In this document: positions 17,130 through 25,321 of the stretch, piece after piece
Position numbering within the stretch: position 1 is the stretch's first letter
How the letters are laid out: each line of letters starts with the position of its first letter
Source of the DNA: an uncultured Anaerolineales bacterium
GTDB taxonomy: Bacteria > Chloroflexota > Anaerolineae > Anaerolineales > UBA11858
Assembly: GCA_964582965.1 (NCBI GenBank)
Contig: CAZOUN010000001.1
Coordinates: forward strand, 4,745-68,744
Reading direction: 5' to 3'
Length of the DNA: 64,000 nt
The notes under the pieces: generated by a model
Told to the model about the DNA's origin: nothing
Seen by the model: the letters and a program-made list of their open reading frames with translations, nothing else
The model's database searches: none
Program-made: the position numbers and the translations under genes

Positions 17130-18506
17130 ATGAAACATAGAGGGCGATTACATGAAGTGATCAGAAGGGCAGAGAACGGCCCAATGATCGAAGAAAAAGA
17201 GTTCGAAAAGAACCTGATCACATCAACTGTCGCACGGCTGATTAAGAAATATAACATCAAATTCAACAAGGAAACGATCGTTCCTGCTGATGATGATCTA
17301 GCTGATCGCCTTTACCAGGCTGGACTCGAATTCGCAGTTGAAGTTGGTATGTTTTGTAAAGATACCAGTCGACGAATTTTGTGGTCACGTGAAGAGTACG
17401 AAGACGCCCTTCGTTATTGTCCATCCGAGGCTATTATTGGCGAGGGAAATGACGCGGTAAAAATATTGGCCAGAAGACCTGAGTCCTCAACTCGTGTAGT
17501 TGTCAGCGGCGGAGCGGTTGGTGTACCTGTGCCTGAAGATATGTATCTTCCGCTCATGATGAGTTATGCCAAGGAACCAGTTATTGATCTGCTCGAGCCG
17601 GCCTCAATACAATCTGCTTATGGTATGCCTATGAAAGCGGGATCCCCCCTGGAAATCATCGCAGGATGGCGGGATGCAGAGCTCGCCTTACAGGTCATTA
17701 ATTTAGCGGGCAGGCCCGGGATGGGTTTGGCTTGCGTCACGATCTCAGCTACCGCCATTGGTCAAATTTCCCCTGCCTCTTATGGCGGATTTCGTCAATC
17801 CGATTGGCATCATTGTTCAGTGATGAGTGAATTTAAGACCAGCTATGATCTGTTGTCTAAGGTTACTCACACGACCCGGATCGGCGCAAATATGGAAGCC
17901 TATCTGAACATCATTTTTGGAGGTTACTTTGGAGGCGCTGAAGGGGTCGCGATTGGATTAGCAGCTGGCCCGATCATTCTTAACCAGAATTATATGGGCA
18001 CCACCTACAGTGTCGCCCCCAGCCATCCATTTCTCCACTGTGGTTCCACGTCGGAGATGATCTGGGCGCAAAGCCTGGCGTTCCAGGCAGTTTCCAGGAA
18101 TACAAATCTCCTGACCGCTTCCATGATCAAACCTGCGGGCGGTCCGGGAACCAGATCGATCCTCTATGAGAATGCGGCACTATCGATAGCCAATGTCACT
18201 TCTGGCCTTTCGGTTGTTGAATCCTGTATGTCTGCCAGCGGCACAAATCCCAGGCATGCCAGTGGGCTGGATTCCAAGATATGTGGTGAAGTTGCCCACG
18301 CAGCTACCGGACTCAGTCGGGAACAGGCCAATAAAATCGTAAAACAGTTGACCGAAAAATATGAAAAGGGCCTGAGTGAAAAACCAGCAGGCAAACCTTT
18401 TGAGGAAGTTTATGATCTTGAGACGATCACACCTACGGTTGAATGGCAGGGAATGTACGACGAAGTAAAGGTTGAGCTGCAGCAGATGGGTCTTCCGATT
18501 AATTAG
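17130..18506 (+). CDS. MtmB-family methyltransferase, non-pyrrolysine (paralog 6, class B)
   Basis: RBS TAGGAGGGG. Motifs VPADDDLADRLYQAG, GEGNDAV, GRPGMGLA with GCT (Ala201) at 17730-17732 on the Pyl-aligned site (Methanosarcina barkeri Pyl202), IFGGYFGGAEG, APSHPFLHC, C-terminal KPFEEVYDLETITPTVEWQGMYDEV..MGLPIN. Confidence 0.9.
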   Translation: MKHRGRLHEVIRRAENGPMIEEKEFEKNLITSTVARLIKKYNIKFNKETIVPADDDLADRLYQAGLEFAVEVGMFCKDTSRRILWSREEYEDALRYCPSEAIIGEGNDAVKILARRPESSTRVVVSGGAVGVPVPEDMYLPLMMSYAKEPVIDLLEPASIQSAYGMPMKAGSPLEIIAGWRDAELALQVINLAGRPGMGLACVTISATAIGQISPASYGGFRQSDWHHCSVMSEFKTSYDLLSKVTHTTRIGANMEAYLNIIFGGYFGGAEGVAIGLAAGPIILNQNYMGTTYSVAPSHPFLHCGSTSEMIWAQSLAFQAVSRNTNLLTASMIKPAGGPGTRSILYENAALSIANVTSGLSVVESCMSASGTNPRHASGLDSKICGEVAHAATGLSREQANKIVKQLTEKYEKGLSEKPAGKPFEEVYDLETITPTVEWQGMYDEVKVELQQMGLPIN

Positions 18507-18514
18507 GAAAGGAA

Positions 18515-19903
18515 ATGAACATGCTTTTTGAAAACGCAACTATCTTAACCATGAATCCCAAACGGGAGATTATCACCCAGGGTGCAGTGGTGGTTTCGGG
18601 CAGTCAGATCGTTGCAGTCGGTAAAACCAAAGACCTGGTTGAAAAATACCCTGAAAAAAAGAGGATCAATTGCAACGGTAACGTGATCCTGCCTGGCTTG
18701 ATTGATACCCATGTACACACGGCCCAAGCAATGATCCGGGGCTGTGCCGATGACCTGGGCTTGCTCGATTGGTTATTCAAAAGGGTTTGGGTGCTGCAGG
18801 GCAGCTACACTGAGGAAGACGGCCGGGCAAGTGCTGCCTTATGTGCCCTGGAAATGATCAAGTCAGGCACTACTAGTTTTCTGGAATGTATGCTGGCTGA
18901 AGTATACGGCTTTGATGGTGTAGCAGAAGTGCTGATCCAATCAGGTATGCGGGCAGCTATTGGAAAGATCGTCATGGATATGCCCTCCTATGCCGGAGCG
19001 CGAGATGTCATGCATCCGGGCATGGTAGAGGATGGGGAAACTTGCATAGCGAATACCCTTACTGCCTATGATAAATGGAATGGCGCAGGAGATGGCCGCA
19101 TCCAGGTCTGGTTCGGGGCCCGTACCCCTGGTGGCGTCACGCCTGAGTTATATGACCAGATCAGCCAATTAGCGAAAGAGCGTGATATGGGTATCACTGT
19201 CCATCTCTCTGAGGTAAAAGAGGATATTGAATACGCCGTATCTCAAGGTTTTCGATCCCCAATTGAGTTTGCTCAAGAACATGGATTATTGGGGCCTCGG
19301 TCTGTCCTGGCCCACTGTGTCTGGACTGATGAAAAGGATTGGGAACTGATCGCTAAAACCGGTACAACCGTTTCTCACAATCCTGCTTCAAACGCAAAAA
19401 CCGCTACTGGTATCGCTGATGTGCACGGCATGCTGAAAGCTGGCGTGAATGTCACGCTGGGCTGCGATGGTGGTCCAAGCAATAATTCCTATGACATGAT
19501 CCGCGATATGCGCTTGGTGAGCTACCTGGCGAATCTAGAGCATAACGATCCAACCGTAGTGCCTGCGGAAAGTGTTTTAGAGATGGCCACGATTAATGGG
19601 GCCAAAGCACTCGGGCTGGAAGATCAGATCGGTTCGCTTGAAGTGGGAAAGAAAGCAGACTTCATCCTAATCGATATGGATAAACCGCATTTAACCCCGG
19701 CACCAGATCCGGTATCAACCATTGCCTATGCAGCGCATGGAAGTGATGTGGATACCGTTGTGATTGACGGCAAGATTGTTATGGAAAACAGAAAAGTGCT
19801 GTCCTTGGATGAAAGACAGATACTTGACGAAGCACGTAAACGCTACCCGAATGTAGCAAAACGAGGAGATTTAGATATCAAACCCCGTTGGCCAGTAATT
19901 TAG
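18515..19903 (+). CDS. Amidohydrolase, MtaD/AtzA/guanine-deaminase-like subfamily (copy 2)
   Basis: 462 aa with PGLIDTHVH, TVHLSEVKED, LAHCVWTD, LGCDGGPSNN. Starts 8 nt after paralog 6. Confidence 0.82.
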   Translation: MNMLFENATILTMNPKREIITQGAVVVSGSQIVAVGKTKDLVEKYPEKKRINCNGNVILPGLIDTHVHTAQAMIRGCADDLGLLDWLFKRVWVLQGSYTEEDGRASAALCALEMIKSGTTSFLECMLAEVYGFDGVAEVLIQSGMRAAIGKIVMDMPSYAGARDVMHPGMVEDGETCIANTLTAYDKWNGAGDGRIQVWFGARTPGGVTPELYDQISQLAKERDMGITVHLSEVKEDIEYAVSQGFRSPIEFAQEHGLLGPRSVLAHCVWTDEKDWELIAKTGTTVSHNPASNAKTATGIADVHGMLKAGVNVTLGCDGGPSNNSYDMIRDMRLVSYLANLEHNDPTVVPAESVLEMATINGAKALGLEDQIGSLEVGKKADFILIDMDKPHLTPAPDPVSTIAYAAHGSDVDTVVIDGKIVMENRKVLSLDERQILDEARKRYPNVAKRGDLDIKPRWPVI

Positions 19904-19999
19904 AATTTGTCTGGAAGAAATAATAGGAGGTGAAAATTATAATGTATATTTGTTTTGGTGTACTGAAGATTGATTATTAGATTTACAAAGGAGTTCGAA

Positions 20000-21154
20000 A
20001 TGGCTAAAAAACTGAGAATCTGGACAATTATTTCCCTGCTGTTAATCGCATCCATGCTGGTTCTATCGGCATGTGGTCCACAACCTGCAGCAGAAGAACA
20101 GGTTGTCGAAGAAGCAGCTGAGGAAACAATAGAAGAATCAGTGGCTATGCAAAAAGCTTGTTTTATCCACAGTTCAACTGTCAGCGATATGGGCTGGACA
20201 TACGCCAATGAACGAGGTCGCTTGTATTTGAATGAAAATGTTGAAGGTGTCGAAACTACATTAATCGAAAACATCTCAGATTTTGGTGGCTCTGATGTCG
20301 AAAAGGTCATTGAGGATTTCATTCAAGCAGGATGCACCATCATTGTTGGCACAAGCTTTGGCTACACCGAGGCGATTGCTGCTAAAGCAGAAGAACATCC
20401 GGATGTGTTTTTCCTCAATGAGAGCCAGTATATACCTGGAGATAACATTCAGTCACATTGGCTCCGCCTCTACGAAGGTTTCTTCCTGACAGGTGTACTG
20501 GCTGGGAGCATGACGGAGAGTGACGTTATCGGTATTGTTGCAACCTTCCCGATTCCTGAATTACTTCGCCGGTTGAATGGTTTCGCACGCGGTGTCCAGG
20601 AAGTCAACCCAGACGCAACTATTAAAGTTGTTTGGATCAACAGCTGGTATGACCCTGCAAAAGAGACAGAGGCAGCTGAAAGTCTCATTGCGGCAGGTGC
20701 AGATGTGGTCCAGCACTTGTCTTCATCGCCCGCATCCCTGCAGGCAGCGCAAGCAGCTGGCATTTTCGGGATCGGCTACCAGAATGACCAGAGTGAATAC
20801 GGCCCAGACGCCTACCTGGGATCAATGCTCATTGAATGGGGTCCTTTGTTTGCGGATTCGATCGAGAAGATCATGGATGGTACCTGGGAAGCAGGAGAGA
20901 TTTGGTATGGCCTGGCAAGCGGCGCGCTTGATGCGGGTCCATTCTCAGACCTTGTTCCTCAAGACGTCCAGGATCTGATTGCTGATTATAAAGCACAGAT
21001 AATTTCGGGCGAATATCAAATCTGGGAAGGCCCGATGTATAGCCAGGATGGCACACTACAGATCCCGGCTGGAGAAGTACGAGATGATGCAGATATCGAC
21101 CAGATCGATTGGTTGCTCCAGGGTATCGACGGCACAATTCCGAGTATGGAGTAG
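20000..21154 (+). CDS. BMP-family (PnrA/Med-like) ABC substrate-binding lipoprotein, transporter 1
   Basis: AAGGAG (19987-19992) precedes ATG 20000; the ORF-track start at 19970 is TTG. Signal peptide with lipobox LSAC. BMP-like core: SDMGWTYANERG, IIVGTSFGY. Confidence 0.8.
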   Translation: MAKKLRIWTIISLLLIASMLVLSACGPQPAAEEQVVEEAAEETIEESVAMQKACFIHSSTVSDMGWTYANERGRLYLNENVEGVETTLIENISDFGGSDVEKVIEDFIQAGCTIIVGTSFGYTEAIAAKAEEHPDVFFLNESQYIPGDNIQSHWLRLYEGFFLTGVLAGSMTESDVIGIVATFPIPELLRRLNGFARGVQEVNPDATIKVVWINSWYDPAKETEAAESLIAAGADVVQHLSSSPASLQAAQAAGIFGIGYQNDQSEYGPDAYLGSMLIEWGPLFADSIEKIMDGTWEAGEIWYGLASGALDAGPFSDLVPQDVQDLIADYKAQIISGEYQIWEGPMYSQDGTLQIPAGEVRDDADIDQIDWLLQGIDGTIPSME

Positions 21155-21180
21155 AAAAGTTTATCAGTAGAAGTAGATCA

Positions 21181-21216
21181 ATGGCAGCCGGCTTTACGGT
21201 TTAGGCCGGCTGCCAT
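21181..21216 (+). promoter_or_regulatory. Intra-operon stem-loop after the substrate-binding-protein gene
   Basis: Perfect 12-bp arms ATGGCAGCCGGC (21181-21192) / GCCGGCTGCCAT (21205-21216) with a 12-nt loop. It is followed by an A-run, not a T-run. Confidence 0.4.
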
Positions 21217-21236
21217 ATCAAAAAATAGGATTTTAG

Positions 21237-22781
21237 ATGACACAGAACCGAGATGATAAGAACCAGTTGCTGATCGATATGCGGGATATTGTCAAGCGTT
21301 TTCCAGGAGTATTGGCAAACGATGGTGCTAATCTTACTCTTCGTCGAGGAGAGGTGCACGCTGTCCTGGGCGAGAACGGAGCAGGCAAGAGCACATTAAT
21401 GAACATCCTTTCCGGTTTATATAGACCAGATAGTGGAGAAATCTATGTTGGCGGCGCACGAAAAGAATTTGGCTCTGCACGTGATGCTCTATTAGCGGGA
21501 ATTGGCATGGTCCATCAGCATTTCTGCCTGGTTGATATTTTTTCTGCCGCAGAGAATATCACTCTCGGAATGAATGAACCTCGAGTTCATTTGAATATGG
21601 CCAATATAGAAGAAGAGATTGGCGAATTAGGACGTAAATACAATCTGGGTATTGATCCCCATGCCAGGATTTGGCAACTTTCTATCGGAGAACAGCAGCG
21701 TGTTGAAATTCTCAAATTACTTTACCGCGATGCACAAGTTCTCATCCTTGATGAACCAACATCGGTTCTCACGCCTCAAGAATCGGACGAGCTCAGTGAT
21801 ACATTACGCCGCCTGGCAGATTCGGGACGCGGGATTATTTATATTAGCCATCGTTTAAGCGAGGTTTGTGCGGTTGCCGATCGAGTGACAATCATTCGTG
21901 GCGGCCGTAATATTGCCACACTTGAGCTTGAAGAAATTGACGAAGCCCGGGTCGCAAATCTTATGCTTGGGGCAGATGTGTCAGATTTTGTGCAAGTAGA
22001 TCACACTAAAAAGCCAGGAAACGTTGTCCTCGAGATCAAGGATTTAGACGTGACCAGCGATCGGGGTTTACCAGCAGTGCGAGCAGCAAATATATCCGTT
22101 CAGGCAGGCCAGATTGTTGGTTTGGCCGGAGTAGCAGGAAATGGCCAAAAAGAACTTGCTGGTGCGATTGCTGGCATGCGCGCTGTTGATTCGGGAATAA
22201 TCAATATTTCAGGCAAGCCCATTGCTGGTAAGGGAACGCGCGAGATTATTAACGAGGGAGTAAGTTTGATCCCGGAAGATCGGACGGGAACAGGATTGGT
22301 AACAAATTTAAGTATTAAAGATAACACCATATTGCGTGGGTATTGGAAGAAACGGTTTTCCCGCGGGATATTGATTAATTGGAAAGAAGTAGAAGAGCAT
22401 ACAGAGAAACTTGTAGAGGATTTTAATGTTGTAACTCCCCATATTAATGAGGAGATTTGGAAACTTTCTGGAGGAAACCAACAACGATTATTGTTGGCCC
22501 GTGAAATGACCTCAGAGCCTAAAGTAATCGTCGCCAGCCACCCTACAAGTGGGCTGGATGTCCAGGCAGCAATGGATGTTCATAATTTATTAATTGAACA
22601 AAGAGATAGGGGAGCAGCTATCCTGGTGATATCTGAAGATTTGGAGGAGCTAATGACGCTTTCTGATCAGATCATTGTGATCTATGACGGGCGCGTAACC
22701 CCTCCGATTCCAGCGACAGAAGCAGATCGATCAGAGTTGGGATTATTGATGATGGGGTCCGGCGTGAAGGAGCAAGTGTAA
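21237..22781 (+). CDS. ABC transporter ATP-binding protein, duplicated-ATPase CUT2/nucleoside type, transporter 1
   Basis: 514 aa with two ABC domains. Walker A GENGAGKST, LSIGEQQRVEI, second-domain GVAGNGQKEL, LSGGNQQR. Confidence 0.9.
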   Translation: MTQNRDDKNQLLIDMRDIVKRFPGVLANDGANLTLRRGEVHAVLGENGAGKSTLMNILSGLYRPDSGEIYVGGARKEFGSARDALLAGIGMVHQHFCLVDIFSAAENITLGMNEPRVHLNMANIEEEIGELGRKYNLGIDPHARIWQLSIGEQQRVEILKLLYRDAQVLILDEPTSVLTPQESDELSDTLRRLADSGRGIIYISHRLSEVCAVADRVTIIRGGRNIATLELEEIDEARVANLMLGADVSDFVQVDHTKKPGNVVLEIKDLDVTSDRGLPAVRAANISVQAGQIVGLAGVAGNGQKELAGAIAGMRAVDSGIINISGKPIAGKGTREIINEGVSLIPEDRTGTGLVTNLSIKDNTILRGYWKKRFSRGILINWKEVEEHTEKLVEDFNVVTPHINEEIWKLSGGNQQRLLLAREMTSEPKVIVASHPTSGLDVQAAMDVHNLLIEQRDRGAAILVISEDLEELMTLSDQIIVIYDGRVTPPIPATEADRSELGLLMMGSGVKEQV

Positions 22782-23869
22782 TGAAGATCAAAATTGAGAA
22801 ACGACTTGACGCGCCCCGCATCCTAGTAATCCTAATGCCTCTGGTTGCGGTAATTATTGCATTTGTTATCAGCGGGATCTTAATTGCCACAACTGGAGCA
22901 AATCCTTTCGCAGCTTTTGATACGATGTGGAAAGGTGCCTTTGGGACAACATATTCTCTATCAGAAACAATTGTTAGTTCTATTCCCCTTATGCTTGCAG
23001 GACTCGGCGTAGGTATTGCTTCACATGCGAAACTTTGGAATATTGGTGGCGATGGCCAGATCATCATGGGTGCTTTTGCCGCTTCTGGTTTGGCCTTGTT
23101 CTATCCTGATCTACCACGGCCGATCTTAATTGGGGGGATGATGATTCTTGGCTTCTTGGCTGGAGGCTTATGGGCAGTTATTGCTGCGCTGCCACGCATC
23201 TACTTGGGTATAAATGAGATCATCACTACAATGATGTTTAATTTCATTGCCGGCTTTTGGGTAAGTTATATCGTTCAAGGTCCATGGCGGGATCCGATTT
23301 TGGTGGGCTTCCCATTTACGGCAAAATTTACAAAAGAAGCTTGGTTGCCAAGATTCTTCGGAACCAGGATACACCTTGGATTAGTGATTGCATTGATCGC
23401 CGCGGTAATTATCGCCATCTTGCTATATCGTTCAAAATGGGGTTATGAATTAAGGGTGATCGGCGGAAGTCTTGATTCTGCAAATTACGCGGGAATTAAT
23501 GTCAAGAGAAGTTTGCTATTGGCGATGTTGCTCAGTGGAGGTTTGGCGGGCTTGGCAGGGATGGCCGAGGTTTCCGGGATTCTTCACAGATTACAAGAAG
23601 GCATTGCTGCCGGGGCGGGTTTCAGCGCTTTTATTCTGGTTGCATTGGCTAATGGAAACCCGTTTGGAATAATAGTATCAGGTTTTTTGCTGGGCGCTTT
23701 ATTAACTGGAGGGACGTCTGCCCAAACGATGGGAGTGCCGCCACAAATAGCAGATATTATGCAAGGTCTTATTCTATTCTTTGTTCTTGCTTCGACTTTC
23801 TTTACACGGTATCGGGTAAAGTTTGATCGGCCTGAACTTAAGAGCGCTAATGTGGAAAGCGGAGATTGA
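22781..23869 (+). CDS. ABC transporter permease, transporter 1
   Basis: 362 aa polytopic membrane protein. Its start overlaps the ATPase stop. Typical CUT2/BMP-system permease layout. Confidence 0.85.
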   Translation: MKIKIEKRLDAPRILVILMPLVAVIIAFVISGILIATTGANPFAAFDTMWKGAFGTTYSLSETIVSSIPLMLAGLGVGIASHAKLWNIGGDGQIIMGAFAASGLALFYPDLPRPILIGGMMILGFLAGGLWAVIAALPRIYLGINEIITTMMFNFIAGFWVSYIVQGPWRDPILVGFPFTAKFTKEAWLPRFFGTRIHLGLVIALIAAVIIAILLYRSKWGYELRVIGGSLDSANYAGINVKRSLLLAMLLSGGLAGLAGMAEVSGILHRLQEGIAAGAGFSAFILVALANGNPFGIIVSGFLLGALLTGGTSAQTMGVPPQIADIMQGLILFFVLASTFFTRYRVKFDRPELKSANVESGD

Positions 23870-23871
23870 TT

Positions 23872-24798
23872 ATGGATGTATATATGTTCAGCGCTTTACT
23901 TCACACAATGATCACCGCTGGAACACCTATCGTTTATGCAGCACTTGGGGAATTGATCACAGAACGAGTCGGTATTCTCAACCTTGGCCTTGAGGGGGTA
24001 ATGTTAATTGGATCCATCGCTGGTTTTGCTACAGCCTCCCATTTTTCAAACCATTGGATAGGCCTGGGAGCTGCGATCATTGCCGGCGCATTGACAGGGT
24101 TATTCTTCGCGTTATTATGTGTGGGATTTAAGGTGGATCAAGTCGTAGCCGGGATCGCATTATCTACTTTTGGAATTGGATTCAGCGCTTTTGTTGGAAA
24201 ACCCTGGCTGGGAAAACCATTTTCTGTGCCGTTTGAGGACATAAGACTGCCGATTTTGGCCGATATTCCCATTATTGGTGAACCGTTTTTTAACCAGGAT
24301 GCCCTTGTATATATCTCCTACTTGCTGGTTCCGATTCTCTGGTATTTTGTTTACAAAACACGCCCTGGACTGCACCTGCGCTCAGTGGGAGAGAATCCAC
24401 GAGCGGCAGACACTTTGGGAATTAATGTTACCCGGATGCGATATGTTTACACGATGATAGGTTGTGCAATTGCTGCTATCGGTGGCGCTTATCTAACAAT
24501 GGCCTTTGTTCCCACCTGGTTTGAAGAAATTACGGTTGGTCGGGGCTGGATTGCTGTCTCACTAGTGATATTCTCGGGATGGAATCCATTAATCGTTATT
24601 TTTGGTGCCTACTTGTTTGGGGGTCTGGACGCTGCCACTCTTTATATCCAGGCAATAGGTACAAATATTCCCTCTCATTTCCTGGGAATGGGCCCATATA
24701 TTCTAACGATCCTTGTATTGGTTCTTGCGGCTCGTAAACGCCAGGGAGGGTTGGGGCCAGCGGCTCTTACGATACCATACGACAGTGAAGGGCAGTAG
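23872..24798 (+). CDS. ABC transporter permease, transporter 1 (second subunit)
   Basis: Polytopic membrane protein. GGAGA (23861-23865) precedes ATG 23872; the ORF-track TTG at 23866 is the alternative start. Confidence 0.85.
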   Translation: MDVYMFSALLHTMITAGTPIVYAALGELITERVGILNLGLEGVMLIGSIAGFATASHFSNHWIGLGAAIIAGALTGLFFALLCVGFKVDQVVAGIALSTFGIGFSAFVGKPWLGKPFSVPFEDIRLPILADIPIIGEPFFNQDALVYISYLLVPILWYFVYKTRPGLHLRSVGENPRAADTLGINVTRMRYVYTMIGCAIAAIGGAYLTMAFVPTWFEEITVGRGWIAVSLVIFSGWNPLIVIFGAYLFGGLDAATLYIQAIGTNIPSHFLGMGPYILTILVLVLAARKRQGGLGPAALTIPYDSEGQ

Positions 24799-24842
24799 CT
24801 AAGCTATCTTATTAATCTAATCTTATTAGAGGTCAAAGTAAT

Positions 24843-25319
24843 ATGTCAAAGGTCGAAATAAAATTTCAGGTCAACGGCGAAGAAAAAACTGTAAAGACAG
24901 CCCCTGACCGAACTCTGTTAAAGGTCTTGCGAGAAGACTTGAATCTGACAGGCACCAAAGATGGCTGCAGCCAGGGGGACTGCGGCGCCTGTTTGGTGAT
25001 GATGAATGGCAAGGCAGTAAATTCCTGCCTGGTTCTGGCTCCTCAGGCAGACGGGGCAAAGATAATAACCGTAGAGGGATTGGCCGAAAATGGAGAACTC
25101 AGCAATCTGCAGCAGGCTTTCGCGGAAAGATGGGGATTTCAGTGCGGATTTTGCACACCTGGCATGTTGATCTCCAGTTATGCCCTGTTGCAGAGTAATC
25201 CTGATCCAACCCTGGAGGAGATCAAGCGAGCACTGGCTGGAAATCTCTGCCGTTGTACTGGCTATAAGCCAATATTTGATTCGGTCAAGATGGCTGCTGA
25301 ACTGACAATGGATAAATAA
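24843..25319 (+). CDS. Molybdenum hydroxylase [2Fe-2S] small subunit, set 2
   Basis: 158 aa with CSQGDCGACLV..NSC and CGFCTPGM...CRCTGY. Paralog of 8197-8670. Confidence 0.9.
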   Translation: MSKVEIKFQVNGEEKTVKTAPDRTLLKVLREDLNLTGTKDGCSQGDCGACLVMMNGKAVNSCLVLAPQADGAKIITVEGLAENGELSNLQQAFAERWGFQCGFCTPGMLISSYALLQSNPDPTLEEIKRALAGNLCRCTGYKPIFDSVKMAAELTMDK

Positions 25320-25321
25320 TC

